NCBI GenBank assembly: GCA_964464695.1
Contig: CAYXKW010000001.1
Coordinates: 36,810-100,809, forward strand
From: an uncultured Candidatus Saccharibacteria bacterium
Lineage (GTDB): Bacteria; Patescibacteriota; Minisyncoccia; Phycocordibacterales; UBA5272
DNA length: 64,000 nt
Direction: 5' to 3'
The first letter of the stretch is position 1. Every line of letters starts with the position of its first letter. Below the pieces are notes generated by a model. That model saw only the letters and a list, made by a program, of their open reading frames with translations, was not told the origin of the DNA and did no database searches. Shown piece by piece: positions 16,812 through 26,964 of the stretch. The position numbers and the translations under genes were made by a program.

Positions 16812-17075
16812 ATGATCGATAAACATAAAGAAGAGGGTCTTTTTAAAGCAATTGGAAATCGTGAGCGAGTACAACTAATCTGTTGTCTTGCAAAGACCCA
16901 AAGTGTCACTGAGCTACTAGATAAGTGCGAGTTATCACAATCCGCATTGTCACAGCATCTAAAGATTTTAAAAGATGTAGGAATCATAGAGTGTGTTCGT
17001 GACGGCAAAAAACAAATGTATTCGGTCGTGAATACTGAGATACTTAAAGTTGCCCGAATACTATTACAACAATAA
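16812..17075 (+). CDS. ArsR/SmtB-family transcriptional regulator
   Basis: 87 aa. HTH LSQSALSQHLKILKDVGII. Cys pair in QLICCLAK at the ArsR metal/redox-sensing position. Confidence 0.8.
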   Translation: MIDKHKEEGLFKAIGNRERVQLICCLAKTQSVTELLDKCELSQSALSQHLKILKDVGIIECVRDGKKQMYSVVNTEILKVARILLQQ

Positions 17076-17105
17076 TAATTAGTACAAACATTTAATTTCA
17101 AATAT

Positions 17106-17627
17106 ATGAAACATATCAACATTAGTGCATTCAAAGAAGTCCTTACTGCTGAGAAAAACAATTCTACAGTAGATTTTATTAACGTATGTACGCCTGTAGA
17201 GTACAAAGAGAAACATATCCAAGGGGTTAGGAGTGTTCCGCTAGACGAAATTGCATCGCATCTAAGTGAATTCAAAAACAAAGAAACAATTTATGTACAT
17301 TGTCGCTCAGGAAATAGAAGCAGAAAGGCAATTGAAAAATTGGAAGAATTAGGAATCAAGGCGGAGCTTGTAAATGTCGAGGGAGGAATTATGGCATGGG
17401 ATGAGGCAGGTCATAGCACTATGTCGCTAACAAAGAAAATGCCGCTGATGCGACAAGTATTCCTAGCTGCGGGGGTTCTCGTTGTGGTAAGTCATATACT
17501 GGCGTCTATGGTCAATGGTAACTTCATTCTACTCTCGTTATTTGTTGGTCTTGGTCTGACTCTATCTGGTCTAACTGGATGGTGTGGAATGGCTCTTATC
17601 TTATCAAAAATGTCCTGGAATAAATAA
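17106..17627 (+). CDS. Rhodanese-domain sulfurtransferase fused to a YgaP-like (DUF2892) membrane anchor
   Basis: Active-site loop CRSGNRS. C-terminal two-TM segment, as in E. coli YgaP. Confidence 0.75.
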   Translation: MKHINISAFKEVLTAEKNNSTVDFINVCTPVEYKEKHIQGVRSVPLDEIASHLSEFKNKETIYVHCRSGNRSRKAIEKLEELGIKAELVNVEGGIMAWDEAGHSTMSLTKKMPLMRQVFLAAGVLVVVSHILASMVNGNFILLSLFVGLGLTLSGLTGWCGMALILSKMSWNK

Positions 17628-17650
17628 AGAATAAATAACTATAATAAACT

Positions 17651-18547
17651 ATGGATTTTACAAAATCTTCTCCACACTCACCATCAGTAAAAAGTTTTTT
17701 TGATACAGAAACTAATACTATTAGTTATGTTGTGTCTGATTCGGTAACAAAAAAATGTGCAGTAATAGATAGTGTCATGAACTATGAGCCGCATAGCGGA
17801 ACAGTAACATATATAGGGGCAGATGAAATTATTTTGTACATACAAGAAAATAATTTTATTGTTGAATGGATACTAGAAACACATGTTCATGCTGATCATT
17901 TATCGGCAGCTGTCTACATTAAGGAAAAGCTTGGTGGCAAACTGGCTATTAGTAGAGCAATTACACATGTCCAGGATTTTTTTGGAAACGTATTTGATGA
18001 AAGTGAACAATTCTTGCGTGACGGCAGTCAGTTCGATGTTTTATTTGAGCCTGACGAGGAGTTCACTATTGGATCTATTCCTTCTGTAGCACTTTTTGTT
18101 CCAGGGCATACACCTGCAGATATTGCATACGTAGTTGGAGATTCGGTTTTTGTCGGGGACACTATATTTATGCCTGATTATGGATCTGCACGATGTGATT
18201 TTCCCGGAGGTAGTGCTACTATGTTATATAATTCAGTACAAAAATTGTTCACTTTGCCGAATGATACAAAACTGTATATGTGTCATGACTATTTACCAGA
18301 AGGAAGAAGTGAGTATCTGTGGCAAACAACAATAGCTGAAGAAAAAGAAAAAAATATACACTTAGCAGGTACGATTACAGAAAAAGAGTTTGCTGATATG
18401 CGTACAAAGCGGGATGAACATTTAGGAATGCCTAGACTTATCATTCCATCACTTCAAGTAAACATGAGAGCTGGCAAATTGCCAATTGATAAGAAAGGGA
18501 AAATTTTTCTTAAACTACCAATAAATAGCATACTTTCAAAAAAATAA
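17651..18547 (+). CDS. Metallo-beta-lactamase-fold protein, persulfide dioxygenase (ETHE1)-like
   Basis: THVHADH metal-binding motif. Sits between a rhodanese and a TauE/SafE exporter, consistent with cst-type sulfide-detoxification operons. Confidence 0.6.
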   Translation: MDFTKSSPHSPSVKSFFDTETNTISYVVSDSVTKKCAVIDSVMNYEPHSGTVTYIGADEIILYIQENNFIVEWILETHVHADHLSAAVYIKEKLGGKLAISRAITHVQDFFGNVFDESEQFLRDGSQFDVLFEPDEEFTIGSIPSVALFVPGHTPADIAYVVGDSVFVGDTIFMPDYGSARCDFPGGSATMLYNSVQKLFTLPNDTKLYMCHDYLPEGRSEYLWQTTIAEEKEKNIHLAGTITEKEFADMRTKRDEHLGMPRLIIPSLQVNMRAGKLPIDKKGKIFLKLPINSILSKK

Positions 18548-18550
18548 TAC

Positions 18551-19333
18551 ATGGAATCTCTTGGGTACATAATAGCAATTGGAATAGGCGTAGCGCTCAG
18601 TACCTTTGGAAGTGGTGGCTCTATTTTAGCTGTGCCAACGCTCGTGTATGTTATGCATATTGCACCACCTCTTGCGATACTGTATTCTCTTTTTATTGTT
18701 GGGGTTACATCGCTTGTAAGTATTCTTGTAGTCAAAAAATTCTTTGACTACAAGATTGTTTTTACATTTGGTATACCATCAATCGCTGGAGTTTTCGTTA
18801 TGAGAAGCATGATTATTCCATTGCTTCCTCAAGAAGTAACTTTGGTTGGTCATGTTTTTAGTTATGACAAAATTATTTTGATACTTTTTGCATGTAGTAT
18901 GTTGCTCGCGTCTGTGCGATTACTTTTTGAAAATACATCAGTTATTCATGAGTCAAAGGAGTCCAATATATTTAAACTTATTATTGTTGGATTTGTAACA
19001 GGTATGGTAACAGGTCTACTTGGAGTCGGTGGTGGCTTTCTTATTATCCCTGCACTCATGTACTTCACGCGAATGAGTATGCAGGCCGCGGCCGGTGTCT
19101 CACTCATTCTTATAGCTGTGAATACCTTGTCTGGATTTTTCTTATCATTACATCAATTAACAAATCCAGACTGGAAGTTATTAGTAATTTTTACAATGTT
19201 TTCATTACTCGGGGTTGTGGTTGGAGGGGGAATTAAAAAAACAATTTCCCCTATAAAACTACAACGTTACTTTGGTTGGTTTATTGGAAGTGTTGCACTA
19301 TGTGTTTTGTTTGCAGAACTATTTAGTCTTTAA
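18551..19333 (+). CDS. TauE/SafE-family sulfite/organosulfonate exporter (DUF81)
   Basis: 260 aa, about 8 TM. Duplicated Gly-rich GSGGS / GVGGGFL motifs typical of TauE/SafE. Confidence 0.8.
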   Translation: MESLGYIIAIGIGVALSTFGSGGSILAVPTLVYVMHIAPPLAILYSLFIVGVTSLVSILVVKKFFDYKIVFTFGIPSIAGVFVMRSMIIPLLPQEVTLVGHVFSYDKIILILFACSMLLASVRLLFENTSVIHESKESNIFKLIIVGFVTGMVTGLLGVGGGFLIIPALMYFTRMSMQAAAGVSLILIAVNTLSGFFLSLHQLTNPDWKLLVIFTMFSLLGVVVGGGIKKTISPIKLQRYFGWFIGSVALCVLFAELFSL

Positions 19334-19346
19334 TTTAGCACAACAA

Positions 19347-19380
19347 AAAACTACCCCTCTGGTAAGTGGGTAGTTTTTTT
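19347..19380. terminator. Bidirectional terminator between convergent genes
   Basis: aaaactaccc-ctctggtaagt-gggtagtttttttt. Shares the loop sequence cccctctggtaagt with the hairpin at 50233-50264. Confidence 0.6.
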
Positions 19381-19397
19381 TATTGTACTAACTTACT

Positions 19398-19652
19398 TTA
19401 GTTTGTGACGTTAACAGTCCCCGAAGGGATATCTTGCTGATCAACAGGTTGAGTGTTTTGTTGCGCCCCTCGTTGGTACATACCATTTTGTGATCCATTT
19501 GACCCGCCTCGCCCCTCCATCATCATTCCTTGTCCACCACGGTTATTTTGTAGGCGTTTACCACCAATTCCTGCTCCAACCAAGCCACCGATAATTCCGG
19601 CGGTAAGTGTGCAAATAAGTAGTATGGTAATCGTTTTTTTATCTAGATGCAT
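19398..19652 (-). CDS. Small Gly/Gln-rich secreted or membrane protein
   Basis: 84 aa. N-terminal hydrophobic helix, then low-complexity G/Q/N-rich tail. Weak call. Confidence 0.3.
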   Translation of the reverse strand: MHLDKKTITILLICTLTAGIIGGLVGAGIGGKRLQNNRGGQGMMMEGRGGSNGSQNGMYQRGAQQNTQPVDQQDIPSGTVNVTN

Positions 19653-19830
19653 TGTATATATATGTTAATTTAGTAAGTTGCACAATCTATTACAACGTAA
19701 GTATGATTATTATTTCATAAAATCTAAGGAACTGTACAGATTCTTAAGAAAAATGAAATAAAATGTGTCATCTGGTTGTAGTAGTGGGTAATGATGCTTA
19801 CCAAATCATGGTAGTATACATACTATACAT

Positions 19831-21672
19831 ATGAAACAACGTTTTTTACCTCTACTCAGTACCCTCAATAATGGGTTTATTTTTATTAAAGAAAAAGCAT
19901 TCGAATACAAAAAAGTTTCTATAATTGTTGTCCTGGTTATCTGTGGAGCACTAGGATATCAGTTCTTTTTTAAAAAAGCAGCAACCTCTACCGTGTATCA
20001 ATATGCAACAGTAACACGAGGTACGCTTACTTCAACTGTGTCTGCAACTGGCCAAGTTACTCCAAATAGTCAGGTTGATCTTAAGCCGAAAGTTAACGCT
20101 AACGTAGTAGGAGTAAACGTACGAGCTGGAGATAGAGTAAAAGCAGGACAAGTGTTGTTTAGACTTGATGCAACAGATGCATATAAGCAAGTTCGTGATG
20201 CAAAAACATCTTTAGCCTCTGCAAATCTTTCACTTGAGAAATTACGAAATCCGAAAACTATTGATGTGATGTCAATTCAAAACTCGATTGAGTCAGAAGA
20301 ACAAGCAATTAAAAATCAGGACACCAAGGTGGCTACCGCATATAGAAATTTATTAAATAGCGGTATTCAGGCTGTTCCTGAAGTTGCTTTCACAACTGAA
20401 ACAGCCCCAACGGTCTCTGGGAGTTATTCAAAAGGAGTAGAAGGCCAACTTAAAATAGTGGTCTATCAAGGAGGACCTACTGGGTATAGTTTTGGTCTAA
20501 GTGGTTTGGCGACTGGTACTGGAAATGTAAACACAAGTGTAGCTCAACCACTCGGGGACACAGGGCTATACATTAAATGGAACGGGAGTAATCCAACAAC
20601 TAATTGGATTATTAATATTCCAAACAAAGAATCAAGTAGCTATCTTTCAAATTACAACACATACCAAAACGCACTTACTGATAGAGATAGTGCAAATGAT
20701 GCATCAACTAGAAATCTTGCCAGTCTTAATCAAAAATTAGCAGACCTAACACCTGGTAATGATAATCTTGATGTTCAGAGTGCGCTTTTGACAGTACAGC
20801 AGCGACAAAACTCTTTAACTGACGCTGAGCAAGCACTTTCAAATTACACACTCACAGCACCTTTTGATGGCGTTATGGCATCCGTGTCCGTTGATATCGG
20901 CTCGTCTGCAGTTATGGCATCTGCAAATAGTAGTGCGGCGCTTGGGACTATTGTTACCGATAAGAAACTTGCTCAAATAACACTCAACGAAACAGATGTT
21001 GTAAAAGTAAAACTCGGACAAAAGGCTATTATTACGTTTGATGCAATCGAGGGGCTTTCACTTGATGGTTCTGTCGTTGAGATGAACACTCTTGGAACAG
21101 TAACCTCCGGTGTCGTTACCTATAAAGTTAAGGTCGCGTTTAATGCAGACGATATTCGTATTCTTCCTAACATGAGCGTCTCTGTCGATATTGTAACTGA
21201 TAGTAAAGACGGTGCATTGTATGTACCAAGTCAAGCAGTTAAAAAAGATACTGCGGGGTATTATGTTGAAGAAAATGTAGCCGGACAATTATCTACAACT
21301 ACAGGTACCTCTACTAGATTTGCAAATGCCTCATCTACACTTGGTCGGCCGTTTGCAACATCCTCTGCATCTTCAACACGTCAGAGAACTGGTAATGGTT
21401 CTTCAACATTTGCACAAACAAGAGGAACAGCATCACAAGCCGTAGCAACTACTGGAGCCACTGCAACAACACTCAGGAGGGTCCCTGTCACAATTGGTAT
21501 ACAAACTGATACTCAAACAGAAATTACAAGCGGACTTCGAGAGGGTGATCAGGTTGTAACAAAAAAGACAACCGTTACAGGGTCGACTGCTACTACTGCG
21601 GCTCCATCAGTAACTTCATTACTTAGACCGACACGAACAACTACTGGAGGTGGAACGGCTCGTCCACAATAA
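19831..21672 (+). CDS. Efflux transporter periplasmic adaptor (HlyD/MacA-like membrane fusion protein) with Thr/Ser-rich C-terminal extension
   Basis: N-terminal TM. Biotinyl/lipoyl-like beta hairpins (VNANVVGVNVRAGDRVKAGQVLFRLD) and a coiled-coil region. Precedes a MacB-like ABC pair. Unusually long at 613 aa. Confidence 0.7.
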   Translation: MKQRFLPLLSTLNNGFIFIKEKAFEYKKVSIIVVLVICGALGYQFFFKKAATSTVYQYATVTRGTLTSTVSATGQVTPNSQVDLKPKVNANVVGVNVRAGDRVKAGQVLFRLDATDAYKQVRDAKTSLASANLSLEKLRNPKTIDVMSIQNSIESEEQAIKNQDTKVATAYRNLLNSGIQAVPEVAFTTETAPTVSGSYSKGVEGQLKIVVYQGGPTGYSFGLSGLATGTGNVNTSVAQPLGDTGLYIKWNGSNPTTNWIINIPNKESSSYLSNYNTYQNALTDRDSANDASTRNLASLNQKLADLTPGNDNLDVQSALLTVQQRQNSLTDAEQALSNYTLTAPFDGVMASVSVDIGSSAVMASANSSAALGTIVTDKKLAQITLNETDVVKVKLGQKAIITFDAIEGLSLDGSVVEMNTLGTVTSGVVTYKVKVAFNADDIRILPNMSVSVDIVTDSKDGALYVPSQAVKKDTAGYYVEENVAGQLSTTTGTSTRFANASSTLGRPFATSSASSTRQRTGNGSSTFAQTRGTASQAVATTGATATTLRRVPVTIGIQTDTQTEITSGLREGDQVVTKKTTVTGSTATTAAPSVTSLLRPTRTTTGGGTARPQ

Positions 21673-21674
21673 GT

Positions 21675-22346
21675 ATGATGATGATCGATTGCAAAAAAAT
21701 TACAAAAGACTACGTAAACGGGGACAATGTTACTCGTGTTCTCAAAGGGGTAGACTTCCATATTAAGAAAGGAGAGTTTGTGGCAATTATGGGACCCTCT
21801 GGTTCAGGGAAATCTACCATTATGAACATAGTTGGATTGCTTGATACTCCAACAAAAGGAACATATATTCTTGATGGAAAAGATGTTTCAAAACTTACTG
21901 ATGATGAACAAGCAGAAATCAGAGCGAATAAAATAGGTTTTGTATTTCAGTCTTTTAACTTGCTCCCTCGGACGACGGTGCTGCGTAATGTTATGTTGCC
22001 ACTCCTGTACTTAGATATTCCTGTGAAAGATAGGGAAGCAAAAGCAAAACAGGCACTCATATCTTCCGGTTTTCCAGAAGATAAATGGGATAATTTGTCC
22101 AACCATTTGTCTGGTGGACAAATTCAACGTGTTGCAATAGCTCGCGCGCTTGTTAATGATCCAAGTATTATTTTGGCTGATGAACCAACAGGAAATCTTG
22201 ATTCAAAGACTGGAGAAATAGTACTTGCAACATTTAAGAAATTGAATAAGGAAGACGGAAGAACTATTATACTTATTACTCACGAACCAGAAGTCGCCAA
22301 GCACGCTGATCGTACAATTCATGTTCGTGACGGGGATATTATCTAA
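21675..22346 (+). CDS. ABC transporter ATP-binding protein (MacB/LolD-type)
   Basis: Walker A GPSGSGKST, signature LSGGQIQRVAIARAL, Walker B ILADEPTGNLD. Confidence 0.92.
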   Translation: MMMIDCKKITKDYVNGDNVTRVLKGVDFHIKKGEFVAIMGPSGSGKSTIMNIVGLLDTPTKGTYILDGKDVSKLTDDEQAEIRANKIGFVFQSFNLLPRTTVLRNVMLPLLYLDIPVKDREAKAKQALISSGFPEDKWDNLSNHLSGGQIQRVAIARALVNDPSIILADEPTGNLDSKTGEIVLATFKKLNKEDGRTIILITHEPEVAKHADRTIHVRDGDII

Positions 22347-22350
22347 ACAT

Positions 22351-23577
22351 ATGACCATACAAGACCTCCTCCAAGAAACAGTTACTTCAATTAATACTAA
22401 CCGTGCTCGCACAGGACTTACTATTTTAGGTATAGTCATTGGTATTGCTTCGGTTATTATAATGCTTGCCATTGGGAATGGTGCTCAAGCTTCGATTTCT
22501 TCGAGTATTAGCGCACTCGGGTCAAATATTCTTACTATTTCAGGTGGAGGTGGTGGAAATGCTAGAACTGCAGGAGTGAGTGCTGGTAGAGCAAACCAGC
22601 AGACACTTACCTTAGAAGATGCAAAAGCAATTGAAGACAAACTTGATATTGTGAAAGATGTTTCTCCAGAATTAAATTCACGTGTTCAAATTATTGCGGA
22701 AGGAAACAATACAAATACAACGGTTATAGGTGCAGCCCCAGCGTATGAATCTGCTCACTCGATAACAGTAGATGACGGAGCTTTTATTTCTGATTCACAA
22801 TATAGAAGTGGTGCAAAAGTTGTGGTACTTGGCCCAACGACGCGGGACGATTTATTTGGTGTCGGAGGAGATTCAGTTGGGAAAGAAATTAAGATAAATG
22901 GAAATAGATTTATTGTTATTGGAGTAACAAAAAGTAAAGGTGGAACTGGTTTTGGAAACGCTGATGATAGAATTTTTATACCACTCACCACATCACTTAG
23001 ATACATTGCGGGAGGGGAATATGTAAGTAGTATTGCTGTTACAACAGAAAATCAAGAAGATATAGCACAAATGCAAACAGAAGTGACGGAGTTGCTACTA
23101 GAGCGTCATAATAAAAAGTCACTAGCTGAAGCAGATTTTAGTGTTATTAATCAGGCAGACCTTGCGAGTACCGCCCAGTCGATTACGAGTATATTTACAA
23201 TAATGCTTTCATCCGTCGCGTCAATTTCACTTATTGTTGGTGGAATTGGAATTATGAACATGATGTTAACAACAGTACGAGAAAGAACTAGAGAAATAGG
23301 ATTACGAAAAGCAATTGGTGCAAAGCGTCGGGACATTAGTAATCAATTTTTAATTGAGTCGATTATCATAACATTGATTGGAGGAATAATTGGAGTGCTC
23401 TTTGGCGTGGCGGTTGCATTTGGTATTTCTTCCCTCGGTGTTTTACAAACCTCAGTGACAGCAGGGCCAGTCTTACTTGCGTTTGGTGTTTCGGCGGCAA
23501 TCGGAATTATTTTCGGCTATTACCCAGCTAAGAAAGCTTCAGAGCTCAATCCAATAGAAGCACTCAGGTATGAGTAA
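22351..23577 (+). CDS. ABC transporter permease, FtsX/MacB-like
   Basis: N-terminal TM, large periplasmic domain, C-terminal FtsX-type 3-TM bundle. The ATG at 22351 follows the ATPase stop. Confidence 0.85.
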   Translation: MTIQDLLQETVTSINTNRARTGLTILGIVIGIASVIIMLAIGNGAQASISSSISALGSNILTISGGGGGNARTAGVSAGRANQQTLTLEDAKAIEDKLDIVKDVSPELNSRVQIIAEGNNTNTTVIGAAPAYESAHSITVDDGAFISDSQYRSGAKVVVLGPTTRDDLFGVGGDSVGKEIKINGNRFIVIGVTKSKGGTGFGNADDRIFIPLTTSLRYIAGGEYVSSIAVTTENQEDIAQMQTEVTELLLERHNKKSLAEADFSVINQADLASTAQSITSIFTIMLSSVASISLIVGGIGIMNMMLTTVRERTREIGLRKAIGAKRRDISNQFLIESIIITLIGGIIGVLFGVAVAFGISSLGVLQTSVTAGPVLLAFGVSAAIGIIFGYYPAKKASELNPIEALRYE

Positions 23578-23625
23578 CATTCGGTAGTCTAGACTGATTG
23601 TGAACGCAACTATATACTAAAATAT

Positions 23626-24189
23626 ATGACAAAATCTTTAATTGTAGCTGGTGGATGTTTCTGGTGTGTAGAACATGATTTACGAGAAGCTCATGGAGTA
23701 ACACTTGTAACTTCGGGGTATTCAGGTGGTGATGGGCACGTTCTAGGAATAGAACATGCTAGTGTACCGACATATGAAAATCATAAAGGATACAAAGAAG
23801 TAGTTCTTGTGGAATACGATGAAGAAAGAACAACCTTCAAAAAACTTATACAATTTTTTATTGACCATATTGATCCAACAGATAATGGTGGACAATTCGG
23901 CGACAGAGGTGAAAGTTATATGACCGCTATCTATTATGAAAATGAAGATGAGAGATTAACGGCACAATTAGTTATTAAGGAGTTGGATGAAAGTCATGTG
24001 TATGATTCTCCTTCTGCTATTCAAATTCTAGAAAGAAAACATTTTTATCCAGCAGAAGAGTATCACCAACAGTATGCAGATAAAAATCCACTGAGATATG
24101 ATTTATACAGAAAAGGTTCAGGGCGTGAGGCTTTTGTTAATAAAACATGTCAGATCAGGGATGAGAAAAAAATAGCTTGGAAAGACTAA
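23626..24189 (+). CDS. msrA: Peptide methionine sulfoxide reductase MsrA
   Basis: Catalytic GCFWC motif at the N-terminus. Confidence 0.9.
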   Translation: MTKSLIVAGGCFWCVEHDLREAHGVTLVTSGYSGGDGHVLGIEHASVPTYENHKGYKEVVLVEYDEERTTFKKLIQFFIDHIDPTDNGGQFGDRGESYMTAIYYENEDERLTAQLVIKELDESHVYDSPSAIQILERKHFYPAEEYHQQYADKNPLRYDLYRKGSGREAFVNKTCQIRDEKKIAWKD

Positions 24190-24204
24190 TCTTTTTCAGT
24201 TCGA

Positions 24205-24822
24205 ATGTCAGATTTATTTGTGATTGGAATTGATGAAGTCGGAAGAGGTCCTATTGCAGGGCCTGTAGTTGTGTGCGCATGTGCAATACAAGCAGGAACT
24301 GACGTTATCCAATATTTTCCTAAACAACAATTACGAGATAGTAAAAAACTTACTGAGAAACATCGTCAAGAAATTTTACATAAAGTAGCACCGCTCAAGG
24401 AATCTCGAGAGGTTCTCTTTGGTATCGGAGAAGTTTCAGCTTCTCAAATAGATGAAGTGGGAATTAGCCAGGCAATTAGAGATGCAATGCAAATTGCGTT
24501 AACATCACTTCATGTGCAAAAGGTTCCTCAAGAGTCTTTTGTGTTTTTAGATGGCTCCTTGCACGCTCCTGAAACATATAATCAGGAAACAATTATTAAA
24601 GGTGATGAAAAAGTAAAAGAGATTTCCCTTGCTTCTATTTTTGCAAAAGAATACCGGGACACTATAATGAAAAATTACGCAAAAGAGTTTCCAGAATATT
24701 CTTTTGAGAATCATGTTGGATACGGTACAAAGGCTCATTATGAAGCAATTAGTAAACATGGTTTTACAGATTTACATCGTAAAAGTTTCTTAAGAAACTT
24801 ACATAAAGATATACAGTTATAG
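24205..24822 (+). CDS. rnhB: Ribonuclease HII
   Basis: GIDEVGRGP active-site motif and a DSK motif. Confidence 0.9.
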   Translation: MSDLFVIGIDEVGRGPIAGPVVVCACAIQAGTDVIQYFPKQQLRDSKKLTEKHRQEILHKVAPLKESREVLFGIGEVSASQIDEVGISQAIRDAMQIALTSLHVQKVPQESFVFLDGSLHAPETYNQETIIKGDEKVKEISLASIFAKEYRDTIMKNYAKEFPEYSFENHVGYGTKAHYEAISKHGFTDLHRKSFLRNLHKDIQL

Positions 24823-24860
24823 TATTGCTACACCCCCAGTACAAGGGTATACTGAAACAT

Positions 24861-25244
24861 ATGTCTAGTATATTTACAAAAATTATCTCAGGGGAGGTGT
24901 CAGGGTATAAAGTGTACGAAGATGATTACGTTTGCGCTATTTTAGATATTAATCCTATCCAAAAAGGACACGTACTTGTTATCCCAAAACAAGAAGTAGA
25001 CCAGCTCTTTGAACTTGAAGAAAAAACATTTGATCATATGATGCATCGCGTACGATACTTAGCACAAGTTATGCAAGCACAGCTAAAATGTAAGCGAGTC
25101 TGTGTCTTTGTAGAAGGATATGGCATTCCTCATGTACATGTGCATCTTGTTCCTACTAATGTTCCAGCTGATTTTGATAAAGCTCTTGTCTACACTGCCA
25201 CAGAAGAAGAGCTTAAGGAAATGCAGAATCTTCTGCAGTCATAA
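24861..25244 (+). CDS. HIT-family (histidine triad) nucleotide hydrolase
   Basis: Histidine triad HVHVHLVP. The ATG at 24861 (MSSIF) is preferred over the ORF-track start. Confidence 0.85.
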   Translation: MSSIFTKIISGEVSGYKVYEDDYVCAILDINPIQKGHVLVIPKQEVDQLFELEEKTFDHMMHRVRYLAQVMQAQLKCKRVCVFVEGYGIPHVHVHLVPTNVPADFDKALVYTATEEELKEMQNLLQS

Positions 25245-25245
25245 T

Positions 25246-25599
25246 ATGAAATATCTCGCAATCCGAACAATTGCTGTTTTAGTCGCTAGTTACATTACAA
25301 GAGTTGGTGTACCACTTGCATTTAGTACTGTGCCACTTGCCTTTGGTACAACTGGTCTTGCCTTTATTGTTGCAATTGTTTTAGCAATCATTAACCATAC
25401 GATTAAGCCTTTGTTTATGATTATTTCAATTCCTATAAATCTTGTAACGCTCGGTCTCTTTTCTTTTGTTATCAATGGATTAATGGTCTTACTTGCCGGT
25501 TATTTGGTGACTGGGTTTGCCATTCCGTCGCTACTTATGGCAATTTATTTTGCAATTGTACTTTCACTCGTAAACTGGATTCTTCATATGTTTGAATAG
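25246..25599 (+). CDS. DUF360/YvlD-like membrane protein (phage-holin-4 superfamily)
   Basis: About 117 aa with 3-4 TM helices. Pattern similar to the YvlD family. Confidence 0.55.
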   Translation: MKYLAIRTIAVLVASYITRVGVPLAFSTVPLAFGTTGLAFIVAIVLAIINHTIKPLFMIISIPINLVTLGLFSFVINGLMVLLAGYLVTGFAIPSLLMAIYFAIVLSLVNWILHMFE

Positions 25600-25608
25600 T
25601 TGGAGATT

Positions 25609-26391
25609 ATGTGTAGACTTTTTGCTTTTTCATTTTGTGATAAGACAACAAAAGAATCACGTGTACGGTATGTTAATTTGTTTAAGGCACTTTCATTGCA
25701 TGGAGCAGTATTACCATCATCAGTGCCGGGACATATGGATGGGTGGGGAATATCTGCATATTATAATCACACAGTTCAACCGGAGTGTTATAAGTCTACG
25801 AGCCCTGCTCACTTGGATATTTTTTTTAATGAAAACTCTTTTTTCTCAAATAGGACTTTCGTAAGTGGCGTAGCACACATAAGAAAAAAGACAGTCGGGG
25901 ATACATTGTTGGTGAATACGCACCCTTTTGTTTCTAGTCAGTACTCATTCATCCATAATGGAAACATAGATTCAATTGATTTTTATTCCGGACTCTCAAA
26001 AGATTGTGATGGTCAAACTGATTCCGAACGACTTTTCAAAAGATTTTTAGAAATCAAGAATCAGGAAGGTCTTTCTTCAGAAAATGCATTTATTGCAATG
26101 CTTGAGGAAATTAAAAAACTATATCCAATGTATTCAGCTATTAATGCTATTTTACATGACGGGGAACATATGTTTGTGTCACGAATAGTAAATGAAAGCA
26201 GCCTGTGTTATTCTGCAACTGAATTACTTGAGTACTTTACACTGTATGTTGGAAGAACTAAAGAAGGGAGTGTCATTATTTCTTCTGAAAAAATACCTGA
26301 TTCAGATATTTCGTACTACTTACTCCCAAATGATTCAGTTTCAACAGTTAATCTTTCAAGAGGTGAAGTGGCAACTCAATTACTTTTTTAA
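25609..26391 (+). CDS. Class II (Ntn-type) glutamine amidotransferase domain protein
   Basis: N-terminal MCRLFA with the nucleophile Cys directly after Met. GWGI and an HNG motif (IHNGNI) typical of GATase-2/YafJ-like proteins. Confidence 0.65.
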   Translation: MCRLFAFSFCDKTTKESRVRYVNLFKALSLHGAVLPSSVPGHMDGWGISAYYNHTVQPECYKSTSPAHLDIFFNENSFFSNRTFVSGVAHIRKKTVGDTLLVNTHPFVSSQYSFIHNGNIDSIDFYSGLSKDCDGQTDSERLFKRFLEIKNQEGLSSENAFIAMLEEIKKLYPMYSAINAILHDGEHMFVSRIVNESSLCYSATELLEYFTLYVGRTKEGSVIISSEKIPDSDISYYLLPNDSVSTVNLSRGEVATQLLF

Positions 26392-26925
26392 GTTACTCTC
26401 TTTGTCTGTTGTTCCTTCAGCCTCGTCCTGGATATCATCGATATCTTCTTGCATACCCTCCACATCTTCTGCAATTTCCTCAACATCTTCCTGAATCTCA
26501 TCGACGTCCTTTTGGATATCATCGACGTCTTCAGCAATTTCCTCAACGTCTTCCTGGATACCTTCTACATCTTCCTGGATTTCATCAACATCCTTTTGAA
26601 TACCATCTACATCTTCAGCAATTTCCTCAACGTCTTCTTGGATACCTTCTACATCTTCTGCGATTTCATCAATTTCTTTTTCAACACTTGCAAGAGCTCG
26701 TCCTTGGTAGTTCACGCTCATTTGAATGAATATAGAAAGATAGATTGCCTCTAGGGATACAATTGTTGTAAGAACAAGTAGTACACGATCAAGGTCAACA
26801 CCAAGGAGGACTAATGTAAAAGCACCTAAAAAAAGGACTGTGTGGATGACAACCGATGTAATTGACCCAATAGCTTGAGTTACTGTCAAAGCAAGGATTT
26901 CAGCCTTATTTAAAGGAGTTTTCAT
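26380..26925 (-). CDS. DUF1003-like two-TM membrane protein with acidic heptad-repeat tail
   Basis: N-terminal two TM helices, then about 11 tandem EDVEGIQ/EDVEEIA heptads encoded by 21-bp repeats. Confidence 0.55.
   Translation of the reverse strand: MKTPLNKAEILALTVTQAIGSITSVVIHTVLFLGAFTLVLLGVDLDRVLLVLTTIVSLEAIYLSIFIQMSVNYQGRALASVEKEIDEIAEDVEGIQEDVEEIAEDVDGIQKDVDEIQEDVEGIQEDVEEIAEDVDDIQKDVDEIQEDVEEIAEDVEGMQEDIDDIQDEAEGTTDKESNLKK
26415..26685 (-). repeat. 21-bp tandem repeat array (about 11 units) encoding acidic heptads
   Basis: Periodicity visible in the nucleotide sequence (gatatcttc / gacgtcttc variants). In frame. Confidence 0.8.
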
Positions 26926-26964
26926 GATATTCCTACTATATCATGAAAATGCTAGAATAGAGGT

